Shown in pieces: positions 18,516-28,915 of a DNA stretch of 64,000 bases; position 1 is the stretch's first letter, and the number at the start of each line of letters is the position of its first letter. A program made the translations under genes and the position numbers. The DNA is taken from contig OZ244999.1 in NCBI GenBank assembly GCA_965223265.1, forward strand, positions 6,240,001 to 6,304,000, written 5' to 3'. This stretch comes from Planctomycetota bacterium (GTDB lineage: Bacteria > Planctomycetota > UBA8108 > SXIK01). Below the pieces are notes generated by a model. It saw nothing but the letters and a program-made list of their open reading frames with translations. It did no database searches and was not told where the DNA came from.

Positions 18516-19679
18516 CTATGACGCCGGCTGTGCATCAACAGCCAGTTCGGGGAACCAGCTGGCGTACTGTCCCCGCACGCGCTCCGCCTGACGCGTCTGA
18601 GAAAAATCGGCGTGGGCTCGAGCGTGCGCGTTTTCGCCAAGCTGGCGACGCAGCGACACGTCGGTCGCAAGCTCCTTGACCGCGGCTGCGAGTGGTTCCA
18701 CCTCATCGTCAACGACGAGACCATCAACACGATGTCGAACGATCTCCGGCAGGAGCCCACGTCGCGACACGATCACCGGAATCCCCATGGCCATCGCCTC
18801 ACGCACCGCGCGACAGGTGCCATCACTTCCGGGGACCAGGAAGATCTTAAAATCGAACGCCCCGAGCGCCTCTTGGTACTCGTCGCCGCCGACGTAGCCC
18901 GGCAGGTGTGTGCGCGTCTCGATGCCCAGGCGAGCGACGCCGTCGTGAGCGATCTCCTTGGCGCGGGTGCCCCGACCCAGCACCAGGAGATGCAGCATCG
19001 GCACTTCCGCCATGACGCGTCGAAAGGCTTCGAAAAGGATCTCGTAGCGACGGTGCGGCTGGATTCTGGCGACAATCCCTCCCACGACGGCAGCGCTCGG
19101 AATTGAGAATCGCCGGCGCATCTCGTCGCCCTGCCGCGGATAGAAACGATCCGTCATGACCCCGCCATCGAGACGGCGGACCCGACTGCCTGGAAGTCCA
19201 AATCGCTCGATCAGTCCGGCGCACACATCCGCGCCGAAGACGAAGATACCGTCTGAGTCTTTCTGGTAGAGCCGGCGTTGATCGCGGTTGAACACTGGCA
19301 CTCGATCGTCATAGAGCGAGCGGACGATGTACGGACGCTGACCGGGTCCGAGCAAACGGCGGGCCCGCGACGCGATGCGATGAGCGTTGTCGAGATGAAC
19401 GTGCAGAATGTCGACGGGTGAGCCTCGAAGACGCTCCGCAAGGCGCCACGCATCGACGCGATTCGTCAGCAGTCGACGGTGCTTTGGCAGCCGAAAATCG
19501 CTGACCGGCTCGAGCCCTCGACCGCGGACCACGTCATCGAGGAATGCGGGACCAGACTGCGCGCGGCCTACAGCGACCTCGGAGTCCACATCTGTCCGAT
19601 CCAGCGCGACCCCGAGACAGATCGCCGGGTCGACGGGTCCAGTCAGTTTATGGTTGGAGACGAGGTGAAGGACTCTCAC
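18516..19679 (-). CDS. Glycosyltransferase family 4
   Basis: VRVLHL start (GTG 19679), GIVARI, EAMAMGIPVIVSRRGLLPEIV. Confidence 0.9.
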   Translation of the reverse strand: MRVLHLVSNHKLTGPVDPAICLGVALDRTDVDSEVAVGRAQSGPAFLDDVVRGRGLEPVSDFRLPKHRRLLTNRVDAWRLAERLRGSPVDILHVHLDNAHRIASRARRLLGPGQRPYIVRSLYDDRVPVFNRDQRRLYQKDSDGIFVFGADVCAGLIERFGLPGSRVRRLDGGVMTDRFYPRQGDEMRRRFSIPSAAVVGGIVARIQPHRRYEILFEAFRRVMAEVPMLHLLVLGRGTRAKEIAHDGVARLGIETRTHLPGYVGGDEYQEALGAFDFKIFLVPGSDGTCRAVREAMAMGIPVIVSRRGLLPEIVRHRVDGLVVDDEVEPLAAAVKELATDVSLRRQLGENAHARAHADFSQTRQAERVRGQYASWFPELAVDAQPAS

Positions 19680-20484
19680 CGCCTTCCTTTCTCCACTGCT
19701 CAGATCGAAGTTCCCAGAGCTTCGCATACTTCAAGAAAACGTAGTAGGCACCGAAGCACGCAACGATGAGTCCAACGACGCCGTCGCGAAAGCCACCCTG
19801 CAGAAAGTACATCTTGAGAAACTTGAAGGGCGGGTGCAAAAGCATTCGCAAAGTCGAAGCACTTTGATCGCGCTTCAGTTTCTCGCGGGCGGCGATATCG
19901 GTGAAGAAGTTAATGGTCCGCACATGGTGCTCGACGTCGCGGTAAGTGAAATGGAGCAGGTCGCCGCGAAGCGCCGCTACGGCGCCTTCCAAGTAGACGT
20001 GATCGTGGGGATTCGTGCCACCCCAACGCCCACGGCTGCGCCGAAACAGCCGCATCTTTCTGTCAGGATACCAGCCGCCGCCCTTGATCCAGCGACCGAG
20101 GTAGAACGTCCGGCGCGGCATGGTGTAGGCGTCGAACAGGGCTGACTTTGACCCCAGCGCGGCTTCGATCTCGCGTCGCAACTCGGGCGAAACGCGCTCG
20201 TCTGCGTCGATGCACAGTACCCAATCGTGCGTCGCGCAGTCGATCGCGAAGTTCTTCTGCTCGACGTGACCGGGCCAATCTCGCTCAACGACACGTGGAA
20301 CGACTTCAGCCCCAGCGCGGCTACGACACCGAAAGTCAGCTGCAATGCGGCGCGTTGCGTCGGTCGAGTGCGAATCGACGACGATGATCTCGTCGGCAAA
20401 ATCAACACTCTTCAGAGCTGCCGGCAGATTCGCTTGCTCGTTGAAGGTGATAATGCAGACGGAAAAAGGAGTGTAGGTCGACAC
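19648..20484 (-). CDS. Glycosyltransferase family 2 (KdtX/WaaE-like LPS core glucosyltransferase)
   Basis: SVCIITFNE, VVDSHSTD, QKNFA, WVLCIDADE, WYPD, YFLQGGFRDG. Confidence 0.9.
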   Translation of the reverse strand: MSTYTPFSVCIITFNEQANLPAALKSVDFADEIIVVDSHSTDATRRIAADFRCRSRAGAEVVPRVVERDWPGHVEQKNFAIDCATHDWVLCIDADERVSPELRREIEAALGSKSALFDAYTMPRRTFYLGRWIKGGGWYPDRKMRLFRRSRGRWGGTNPHDHVYLEGAVAALRGDLLHFTYRDVEHHVRTINFFTDIAAREKLKRDQSASTLRMLLHPPFKFLKMYFLQGGFRDGVVGLIVACFGAYYVFLKYAKLWELRSEQWRKEGGESPSPRLQP

Positions 20485-20531
20485 AATCGTGATGCTGATG
20501 ACCGCGTGCGACGCGGTGCCGCCTCAGCGCT

Positions 20532-21446
20532 CTAAAGACACGACAGATTCACAGGTGCCATACGCCTCAAGATCGTCGGCCCCAGAAAGCGAAGCTCTCT
20601 GGGTGCGTCAGAGGTCAATCCAGCTTCTGCCAGGAGCGAAAAATAGCGCAGCAAACCTTCGACTTGGGGCGTGCCAAGATCATAACCGATCCGGTGCGTT
20701 AGGTAGTTCCTACAGCGCGCCTCGCCGATCTGACGACTGCCAGGCCAACGCCGCACAATGTCATCAATTCGGCTCACGCCGTCGTGTCGAGCGCGTTCGA
20801 ACTGCTCTTGAAGATGCACCGGCGCCCGATCGCCGTGTCTCCAAACCCAGACGGCGTAGACGAGGGGCAGTCCGGTCCACCGAGTCCAAACCGTACCAAG
20901 GTCAAGCTGCTCCCAAGCCGAGGTGGTTTCCGGCTGCCGCAAGGCGACGTCCCCAATGAGAAGAGCTGCATCGACGTCGTCAAACGCGCCGTCTGCCGTT
21001 GTCGACGGGGCTGCGAGATACGACTCGATCGCCTGCGGCGACACATCGAGGAAGCCAGGGGAGCCTCCCCAGAGGCGACGAAACAATAGCTTCGTGAGCA
21101 TCGCCGAGGTTCGAGAGCTCGCATCCAGAGCGACATGGCGGACGTCTTCGAGCGGGCGCCGGAAGTAGAGCCGAATGCTTTCGACGGCACCGTAACTCGA
21201 GATACAAATCGGGCCGACGACCCGGTAGTTAGGCGAGCTTAGGTACTCGACTGCAGGTACCAGAGCAATGTCGAGATCGCCGTGCCGAAGCCCCGCCGCA
21301 AGCGCACTCGGAGCGAGATTCGTGATCTCGAATCGCGGTTGACCATTGAGCTCCAGAAACGCGGTCAACGGAAGGGCGTTCAAGTAGTCGATCCCGCCAA
21401 CCTGAATGATTTCGCTTCTCTTTGCTGTCTTTTCTCCCACGGTCAT
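20532..21446 (-). CDS. mqnA: Chorismate dehydratase (futalosine pathway)
   Basis: GGIDYLNALPL, GAVESI, SSRTSAML, LLIGDVAL, DLG..W..WTGLPLVYAVW. Confidence 0.9.
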   Translation of the reverse strand: MTVGEKTAKRSEIIQVGGIDYLNALPLTAFLELNGQPRFEITNLAPSALAAGLRHGDLDIALVPAVEYLSSPNYRVVGPICISSYGAVESIRLYFRRPLEDVRHVALDASSRTSAMLTKLLFRRLWGGSPGFLDVSPQAIESYLAAPSTTADGAFDDVDAALLIGDVALRQPETTSAWEQLDLGTVWTRWTGLPLVYAVWVWRHGDRAPVHLQEQFERARHDGVSRIDDIVRRWPGSRQIGEARCRNYLTHRIGYDLGTPQVEGLLRYFSLLAEAGLTSDAPRELRFLGPTILRRMAPVNLSCL

Positions 21447-21656
21447 CTTTCCGATATCTTCTCAATCCTTTCGTCGCGGCGCAGGCTCGTTCCTCGTGTT
21501 CCACCCGAGCCGCGCCTGCGGTTAGCGCGCTTGAAGGTCTTCTTCAAACGGTTTTTCGACTGAATCTCAACCGCAAGAAAAAGAGTTCTTTAACCACGGA
21601 GGACTGGCCGCGACAAGGAAAAAGCAACTGCGGGCGCCGACGGCCGATCTCACAGT

Positions 21657-22625
21657 TCAACCGTCTACACGCACGTCAGACCGCCAGAAAAGCCCCCGCA
21701 AGTTGAGCGCTAGCGCGCGGCGGCGGAAGTAACGTCGTGACGCCTCCAGGTCACGGGCACGCCGACCACGGAAGTATCCGCGCACGAATGCCTTGAGTGC
21801 TGCAGGTGCACTCGCCGCGCCGGTCGTGTTCACCGTGTCGATGCGACCGAGCTTGCGCCCTTTCTCCACCGAGCGCCACAACCGCACGAGATTGGCGTTC
21901 GGATTCCATGCCGCATGTCTCTGGACCGCCCGATCCCAGTCGATGATGTAAACGAGCGGCCGTGCACCCGCGAACCGAGCCACAATGTTGCCCAAATGCA
22001 AATCTGGATGATCGATCCGGGCTCGATGCATCCGCGCGACGAGCTCCCCGGCGGCGACGAAAAGATCCGCTTCGCTCGGGTGGCCAAAGAAATCTGACAG
22101 CGGCCGCACGTCGCCGAGATACCTTGACACCATCCAGGCTCGAAGCGATCCGTACCCGGCAGGCTCCAATACGAGGGCGAGCAGTTCCGGAGTCGCAACT
22201 CCCGCGGCACGCGCTACAGCGGCGATCGAGAGCTCTTGGAGAAACCGTTGCCGTCCCCAATATCGTGTTCCGTTGAGAAACCCCAGGGCGCCGCCGCGGT
22301 GATACGACTTCAACACCCAGGCGTCGTCCTCAACGCGCAGAAGCGCGTGCCGGGTGCGGCCGCCCGCAAGCCAATCGGTGACGAGCGGCCCGGCGACGAC
22401 ACGCCGTGGATCATGAATACCGATCTTGAGTAGTTTGTCGCGCACCGCGCTCCTGACGATGACCGTCTGCGCACCCGAGCCCGTGCGCGCCGGCGGCGCG
22501 TGGCGCTGTCGTGGAGCCCCGTCGCGATGCAGACGGACGAGTTCATAGCCGACAGGGAGCGGAAGAGGAGTTTCCTCCGCCTTGCCTGGTCGGGGTCGCG
22601 GACTCGATTCTAGTAGCGGTTTCAC
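21657..22625 (-). CDS. LPS kinase, Kdo kinase (KdkA)/InaA family
   Basis: VLKSYHRGG, RFLQEL, HRARIDHPDLHLGNI, YIIDWDRA, NLVRLWRS. Confidence 0.8.
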   Translation of the reverse strand: MKPLLESSPRPRPGKAEETPLPLPVGYELVRLHRDGAPRQRHAPPARTGSGAQTVIVRSAVRDKLLKIGIHDPRRVVAGPLVTDWLAGGRTRHALLRVEDDAWVLKSYHRGGALGFLNGTRYWGRQRFLQELSIAAVARAAGVATPELLALVLEPAGYGSLRAWMVSRYLGDVRPLSDFFGHPSEADLFVAAGELVARMHRARIDHPDLHLGNIVARFAGARPLVYIIDWDRAVQRHAAWNPNANLVRLWRSVEKGRKLGRIDTVNTTGAASAPAALKAFVRGYFRGRRARDLEASRRYFRRRALALNLRGLFWRSDVRVDG

Positions 22626-22922
22626 CGTCGAATAACCCGCAGCTCGTCTCTAACAGCCACCCGAGACAGTGCGATCACCCAGAACGAATGAGCCAAAAGG
22701 AAATAACGCGTTCCGCGAGAGCTCCCGTCGGCGACTCTTCGAGCCGCCTTCTGGTCGGTGCGCAACGGAGGACCGAGCGAATCGACAACCAGAGCTCACT
22801 CGTGGCTCGCCACACGGGGCGAAGGAGGAGCGCCTCCCCCACGCCCTCACTGTAGTCACGGGTGATTATATGAGGACCCGAAGCCCTTTGACAAGTTCGA
22901 GGCTCTCTTCGAGAATTCGGGA

Positions 22923-24002
22923 ATGCTCGAACTCAAGCCTGACGACATTCGCAGCGTGCTGATTGTCAAAATGAGCGCTCTCGGTGACGTCATCCACGCG
23001 CTGCCGGCGCTGACTGCCCTGAAGCGCCAGTTCCCCGCCGCCGAGATCGATTGGCTCGTTGAGCCGTTGGGCGCTGGACTGCTCGAGGCGCACCCGTCGC
23101 TGCGCCGAATCTTCGTCATTCCGCGCCAGGAGTGGAAACGTCGGATCGCCCGCGTCTCGGCCTGGGGTTCTGTGGTGCGCGACGTTGCTCGCTGCGCGCG
23201 CCCGCTTCGAGAACGACGCTATGATCTGATCCTTGACTTTCAGGGCAACACGCGTAGCGCAGTCGCGGTGCTCCTGGCGCGCGGCAAACACCGCGTTAGC
23301 TTCCACCGCCGGGATGTGCGCGAACGCGTTGCCTCCCTGGTTGCAACACACCACGTGGGCCGTCTGCCGTTACGAATGAATTCCGTTGAAAAGAACCTCG
23401 CGATCGTGCGCGAATTAGGCTATCAAGGCGCCTGCCCGCAAGGCGAGATCGAGATCGACGCCGCCAGTGACCAGTGGGCCGCTGGTGTTCTTGCTGGACT
23501 CCCAGGCAGCGGCCCGGTCGTTGCGCTGCACCCGGCCGTGAGCCCGTTCGGTGAAATCAAACGCTGGCCTGTGTCCCACTTTCGAGAGCTTGCCGACCGG
23601 CTTCACAGCCGCGGCGTCCGAACGCTCATCACTTGGGGACCGGGCGAGCTCGACCTTGCCCGAGCAGTCGGCCGGCCAACCGTCCTCAACGCCGAGTCGA
23701 GCCTCAAACAGTTTGCCGCGCTCCTTGCCAGGGTGGATGCCTTCGTTGCTGCTGACACCGGTGTGCTGCCACTGGCCGCCCTGCTCGGCGTTCCCACTGT
23801 CGGCCTCTACGGACCGAAAGATGCAGCAATCTACGAACCGTATCCGAATCGCGGCTCTATCGTGACGAGCCCTGCCCCGTGTAGCCCCTGCCTTCTGCGC
23901 CGCTGCGCTCATCGCATTTGTATGGCACTGATCTCGCCTGCCGTCGTGTGTCATGCAACGATCGAGGCTCTCGCATCCCGCGGCAAGGTTTCGGCGTCAT
24001 GA
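22923..24002 (+). CDS. LPS heptosyltransferase (GT9, WaaC/WaaF-like)
   Basis: LIVKMSALGDVIHALP, YDLILDFQG, KRWP, ADTGVLPLAA, VGLYGP. Confidence 0.9.
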   Translation: MLELKPDDIRSVLIVKMSALGDVIHALPALTALKRQFPAAEIDWLVEPLGAGLLEAHPSLRRIFVIPRQEWKRRIARVSAWGSVVRDVARCARPLRERRYDLILDFQGNTRSAVAVLLARGKHRVSFHRRDVRERVASLVATHHVGRLPLRMNSVEKNLAIVRELGYQGACPQGEIEIDAASDQWAAGVLAGLPGSGPVVALHPAVSPFGEIKRWPVSHFRELADRLHSRGVRTLITWGPGELDLARAVGRPTVLNAESSLKQFAALLARVDAFVAADTGVLPLAALLGVPTVGLYGPKDAAIYEPYPNRGSIVTSPAPCSPCLLRRCAHRICMALISPAVVCHATIEALASRGKVSAS

Positions 24003-24877
24003 GTGCCCCCAGCCCGTCGCGCAGCAAACGATTTCGCCGCCGAGTTCTACGCCCGCTGCGAAACGGTTGCGTCGGCGTCCTTGGCGCCCCCGCGCTCCGC
24101 CTCTGGCGCCGAGCACTCCGTGTGAGAATCGCAGGTCATGGTCGCTTCGGATTCGACCCGCAGGGACGCAGACGGCTGCTTTTCGACGCACCCGGCATCT
24201 ACGCCTTCTGGCACCAGCGTCTTCTGGGGTTGAGCATCGCGTCACCCGTCCCGGACATGAAAATCTTGATCAGCGCCCACGGCGACGGAGAAATGATTGC
24301 ACGCACAATCGAGCGACTCGGGATGAAGACCCTCCGGGGCTCGACGACTCGTGGCGGGACACGGGCGATACTCGGTGCCCTGAGGCAGAGTCGCCAGCAG
24401 TCGATCGGCATCACCCCGGATGGTCCCAAGGGACCTTCACAAGTCTTTCATCCAGGGGCGATCTACCTCGCCTCGCGCGCCCGCATGCCGATCTACCCGA
24501 TCACTTTCGCTTGTGGACGCTTCAGCCAGCTCCGAACCTGGGATCGCATGTTGATTCCCGCACCTTTCACCAGCAGTATCATTTGCTTCGGCGAGGTGAT
24601 CCGCGTGCCTCCTGATCTCGATCGAGACGCGCTGGAAGAGCACAGAGCCGCTGCCGAACAAACGCTGCGCGAGTTGACCCGGTCCACCGATGAGCAGTTC
24701 GAAGAGTTGTATCGGCAAGCGCAGCCGATTGCCCCGGCTTGGGTCTCGAGCTTTGAGAAGCACAGCTCCAACGGCGACGGCGCTAGTGGCGTCACCCAGC
24801 CGTCCTGCAGCGAGGCGAGGCCAGACGGTCCAGCCGCCCGCGTCGATCGAGACGACATCGACCCCACCACCGGATGA
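23999..24877 (+). CDS. DUF374 / lysophospholipid acyltransferase family protein
   Basis: YAFWHQR, ISAHGDGEMI, RGSTTRGG, ITPDGPKGP, WDRMLIPAPF; ATGA overlap with the GT9 gene. Confidence 0.85.
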   Translation: MSAPSPSRSKRFRRRVLRPLRNGCVGVLGAPALRLWRRALRVRIAGHGRFGFDPQGRRRLLFDAPGIYAFWHQRLLGLSIASPVPDMKILISAHGDGEMIARTIERLGMKTLRGSTTRGGTRAILGALRQSRQQSIGITPDGPKGPSQVFHPGAIYLASRARMPIYPITFACGRFSQLRTWDRMLIPAPFTSSIICFGEVIRVPPDLDRDALEEHRAAAEQTLRELTRSTDEQFEELYRQAQPIAPAWVSSFEKHSSNGDGASGVTQPSCSEARPDGPAARVDRDDIDPTTG

Positions 24878-24998
24878 CGAACGGACGAACGGGTCAACGC
24901 TCAGCGTCTACCGTCGCAGCACGTCGGCGATACGGTTTTGGCGCCAATGAAGCCAGCCTGTGCCCGTCCATGCGATCACTTGGCAGCCGGAAACGCTG

Positions 24999-26189
24999 TT
25001 ACCGTCGCCTCTCCGGCGCCCGTTGGGCTCGCATCTGCGACACCGCGGCCACAACGCTCTCGGCCGCCGCATCGACTTGTTCCACGGTTGTCGAGCGGCC
25101 AACGCCGAAGCGCAAGGTAGCGGCGGCGAGCCGATCCGCGACACCGAGTGCTTTGAGCACATGCGACGGCGACGTGCTGCCCGAGGCGCACGCAGATCCT
25201 GAGCTGACCGCGATGCCCTTGAGCGCGACGAGAAGGGCAGCACCGTCAACACCCTCAAAGCTCACGCTCGCCGTCCCGGGAAGTCCGGAGATCGGGTCGT
25301 GATGAAAGTGGAGCCCGTCGAGCTGCGCTTTGAGGTGGTCCACCAGGCGGTCGCGCAACGAACGAAGCCGCTCGCTCTCCGCTTCCAGCTCGAGAGTCGC
25401 CAAGCGAGCTGCCTCGCCGAGCGCCACAATCCCGGGGACGTCGAGAGTCCCTGGGCGCAAGGACCGCTCCTGACCGCCGCCATACGCGATCCCTGTGATC
25501 TTTGTCCGTGGTGTTCGCGTGCGGACGCAGAGGGCTCCAATTCCTTTGGGAGCGTAGAACTTGTGTCCTGAAAGAGCCAAGAGATCGATGTGCATCGAGC
25601 CGATATCGAGTGGGATCTTGCCTGCCGCCTGCGCCGCGTCAGTATGAAAGAGGACGCCCAGCTCCTCGCACACGGCCCCGATTTCCGCAATCGGCTGCAC
25701 GGTTCCAATTTCGTTGTTCGCCGCCATGATCGAAACGAGCACAGTGTCGTCGCGCATCGCGCCCCGGACATCGTCGGCTGTGACGAGCCCAGTTCGATCG
25801 GGCTTAAGGTACGTAACACGATGTCCACGCCGCTCAAGAGCGCGGGTCGTGTCCAGGACGGCGGGATGTTCGGTCGCTTGCGTGATCACATGCCGCGGGC
25901 GTCGCTCGGAGCGTCCCTCCTTCAAATAGTCGTAGTCGACGACCCCCGCCAGAGCGATGTTGTTCGACTCCGTGGCGCCGGCTGTAAAGACGATCTCGCG
26001 TGGACGTGCTCCCAGCAAGGTCGCGACATGCCCGCGCGCGGTTTCGACCGCCTCATTGGCTGTCCAGCCGTAAGCGTGATGCTTGCTCGAGGCGTTGCCG
26101 AATTGCTCGCGGAGAAACGGCAGCATGCATTCCAGGACGCGAGGATCGATGGGCGTCGTGGCGTTGTGGTCGAGGTAGATATCACCCAT
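24999..26189 (-). CDS. iscS: Cysteine desulfurase
   Basis: YLDHNATTP, TAGATESNN, EHPAV, HTDAAQ, SGHKFYAPKG, SSGSAC. Confidence 0.92.
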   Translation of the reverse strand: MGDIYLDHNATTPIDPRVLECMLPFLREQFGNASSKHHAYGWTANEAVETARGHVATLLGARPREIVFTAGATESNNIALAGVVDYDYLKEGRSERRPRHVITQATEHPAVLDTTRALERRGHRVTYLKPDRTGLVTADDVRGAMRDDTVLVSIMAANNEIGTVQPIAEIGAVCEELGVLFHTDAAQAAGKIPLDIGSMHIDLLALSGHKFYAPKGIGALCVRTRTPRTKITGIAYGGGQERSLRPGTLDVPGIVALGEAARLATLELEAESERLRSLRDRLVDHLKAQLDGLHFHHDPISGLPGTASVSFEGVDGAALLVALKGIAVSSGSACASGSTSPSHVLKALGVADRLAAATLRFGVGRSTTVEQVDAAAESVVAAVSQMRAQRAPERRR

Positions 26190-26316
26190 GAACGAACGCG
26201 CGTCTCCTTTCTTGCCTGCGGCTGCTCATCAACGCTGATGTTAGCGCACTCTAGCGGTAGATCGTCGGCTTTTTGCTGCCTCCCAACCAGCGGTCAGGCC
26301 GGCGCGAAGTGCCGCA

Positions 26317-28884
26317 TCAACCGCTCCGACGTCGAATCCGCAGGAACACGTCGGCGCCCTCTTCGAGGGAGAGATCACGGTGCTCGACGTTCCTCCCCGC
26401 TGTCGCCCCCAGCGACAATCGGTAATTACCCGGCGGCAGATCAGGAATCTCATAGTTTCCTAACTCGTCCGTCCACGCCACGCGCCGCACAAAGCCGCCA
26501 TCACTGATAACGAGCGGCTGACGCGCCTCAGGCTGAGCGGCGGCATTCACCACTGTGCCGGCGAGGTAAGCGCCGCGGCCGAGCAGAATCGGAAACGCGT
26601 TTTCGAGCGGTGGCTCGAAGGGCGGAGAAATGTACTCACCCCAACCCGGGGAGTGGACACGGATCCGGTAGCGCCCTGCCGGCACATCGTTGAACGAGAA
26701 TCGGCCGTCCGCCTGCGTCGTCGCGCGGCGAACCACTTTCGTCTGTAGGGGCACCCGAACGCCATGAATCGTCTCGTCGTCTAGTGGTGCTTGCGGGTCG
26801 AGCAGCAGTTCTACCGCTTGGTCAACCAGCCCACCGCGCAGCGTGCGGACGATGCCGAAAAGTTTAGTCCGAGGCTGGAGACGCACCAGAAGAGGCGGCG
26901 GGCTCGAGCGCCCGTCGAAGACGAACGTTTCTGAGTAGCCGAGCGCGCCGTCCGCTGACTCAGCGACGACGCGGTAAGTGCCAGGGTAGGGCGGTAAGCC
27001 GATCCGAAAGCTGCCTGGCTTAGGAACGTCCAGTGCTTGCCCGCGGTCCGGGCTGACTGAGTAGGCGTCTTCGCGCTCAATTTCTAACGCCGCGCGCCTC
27101 AACACCGCGCCGAGCCCGTCCAAGCGACGCACCGCTTGACCGCGCACCACCGGCGTCGGTCGCAGCGTCAGTTGAACGTCCGCAGCCACATTCGTCGACG
27201 CCGGATGATAGCCGGGGGCCTTAACCGCAATCGTGGCAAATCGTTTCGCCGGAATCGCGGTGAAGAGTTTGCCGAGATCGTCAGTCCACCCGAAGAACTC
27301 CTCGTCCCCGTTGGCAGCGCGTAACCACACTTCAGCGTCGGGGACAGGGTCCTGGCCTATGTCGCGCACGGCGATGCGAGACGCTGCGCCGCTCTTTAGT
27401 TCAATTTTTAGTTCGTGGTGCCACGTCAGGTTGGTCGGCATCGTCCTGAAGACCGGAAGAGAAGTCTCCTCCATGACAAGGAGCGACGCGCCGTCCGGCT
27501 GCAAAAGCCTACTCGTAAACTTGCCGGCAGCATCCGTGCGCACTTCGTGACGCCGGCCCCCTGAGCTCACCGAGACCCGCGCGCCGCGAACAGGGGCACC
27601 GAGGCGAGACACCGTGCCCCGAATCGTCTGCCCTGGGAGAAGAAGAATCTCCGGCAGCTGTAGCTCCGATCCCTCCTGCGGCTCGAAGCGTCCTCCCGTC
27701 TGGTGCCAAAGCCTCTCCAGCTCGCTGCGCGGCAGCTGGCGCGTCCAAAAGCGGGGATGCGACAGACGCACCTCACCAGTGCCCCACAACAGACGAAAAG
27801 ACCCGGTGGCGTCGGAGACCACTTCCTGCGAAGCGAACTTGACTCCAGCGCCGGCAACAGGACGCCCTAAAGGATCAACGATGCGGGCTCCAAAGCTGCG
27901 AGGGTCGATGGAGACGGTCGAGCTGATCGGTTCGGCGACGACACTCGGTTGTGACTGAGAAGAAGAAGGCACATTCCGGGAGGCGACGGCACTCCCGAGA
28001 GACGGCTCGTCTCTGCCTCGGCGCTTGCTGGAATTCTGCCCGTCGCGCAGTTGGTGCTGGAGGAGAAGAAGGAGCGCAACCAGCGCGACGAGGGTCCAAA
28101 TCACGTCACGGCGGGTGGCGCCAAAGCCGCGGAGTCGGCTGGGCAGAATCTCCGGCGCCTCCTCGTCGACGCGACGCTTCTGTCGAGCTGTCGCGACACC
28201 GTCGCTCTCGGTCGGCGCACTGGTGAGCGCGCTGGCATCGTCCGCCACGGCCCGGTCACGCGACGACGCCTCACTAGAACCCTCGGAAGCTCCAGAAGTC
28301 AGGCGCTGCGACGCCGGCTCTTGAGGCGCGGCGCCAAACAGCGCCGAGACGCCACGGTCCGGCAACTCGGCGTCGAGGGGCGTCATGCCCGGACGCGGGG
28401 TGCCGCGAAGCCGCGCCTTGCTGGCTGCAGCGGCCGGTGGCGTCTCCGCTTTGATGCCGCGAGTGCGTTTCACGGCGCGCGCTTTCCGCCAGCGACCGTC
28501 GGTGCTTCGACTTCTCGCAAGGTACTTCTCTTCGACTCTCTCTTCCTTCCGAACCGCCGTGATTATAGGTGGCGCGGCAGCGGCGGGCAAGGAGCGAACG
28601 TGCTTCCGTAGCAGGCTCCTCGACTGCGACCACGATCGGTCCGCTGGCAAAACGCGGCTCTTTCCCAGCGTTCGCATACCACCTCGAGTCAAGTCGCTGT
28701 ATACTCTTAGGAGATCACGAAGGTCGCGGTCAGGCGATGGCGGTGCTCGCAGCGCGGGAACACCCCTGCTGATCAACTGGCGCGACCAGACGGACACGCC
28801 AGAACAACCACAGCCTGAACAGATCACGTCCGGAATAGGGCTGCAGACCAAATCAGGCAAGACAGATACCCGTGAGACGGGCAC
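26317..28884 (-). CDS. Membrane-anchored protein with carboxypeptidase-regulatory-like repeats
   Basis: One TM segment (VIWTLVALVALLLLL) then repeats such as GRPVAGAGV, TDAAGKF, TQADGRFSFNDVPAGRY, TDELGNYEIPDLPPGNY; true start uncertain. Confidence 0.7.
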   Translation of the reverse strand: MPVSRVSVLPDLVCSPIPDVICSGCGCSGVSVWSRQLISRGVPALRAPPSPDRDLRDLLRVYSDLTRGGMRTLGKSRVLPADRSWSQSRSLLRKHVRSLPAAAAPPIITAVRKEERVEEKYLARSRSTDGRWRKARAVKRTRGIKAETPPAAAASKARLRGTPRPGMTPLDAELPDRGVSALFGAAPQEPASQRLTSGASEGSSEASSRDRAVADDASALTSAPTESDGVATARQKRRVDEEAPEILPSRLRGFGATRRDVIWTLVALVALLLLLQHQLRDGQNSSKRRGRDEPSLGSAVASRNVPSSSQSQPSVVAEPISSTVSIDPRSFGARIVDPLGRPVAGAGVKFASQEVVSDATGSFRLLWGTGEVRLSHPRFWTRQLPRSELERLWHQTGGRFEPQEGSELQLPEILLLPGQTIRGTVSRLGAPVRGARVSVSSGGRRHEVRTDAAGKFTSRLLQPDGASLLVMEETSLPVFRTMPTNLTWHHELKIELKSGAASRIAVRDIGQDPVPDAEVWLRAANGDEEFFGWTDDLGKLFTAIPAKRFATIAVKAPGYHPASTNVAADVQLTLRPTPVVRGQAVRRLDGLGAVLRRAALEIEREDAYSVSPDRGQALDVPKPGSFRIGLPPYPGTYRVVAESADGALGYSETFVFDGRSSPPPLLVRLQPRTKLFGIVRTLRGGLVDQAVELLLDPQAPLDDETIHGVRVPLQTKVVRRATTQADGRFSFNDVPAGRYRIRVHSPGWGEYISPPFEPPLENAFPILLGRGAYLAGTVVNAAAQPEARQPLVISDGGFVRRVAWTDELGNYEIPDLPPGNYRLSLGATAGRNVEHRDLSLEEGADVFLRIRRRSG

Positions 28885-28915
28885 CGTTTAGAACTCCCAG
28901 CGAGGTCATGCAAAC

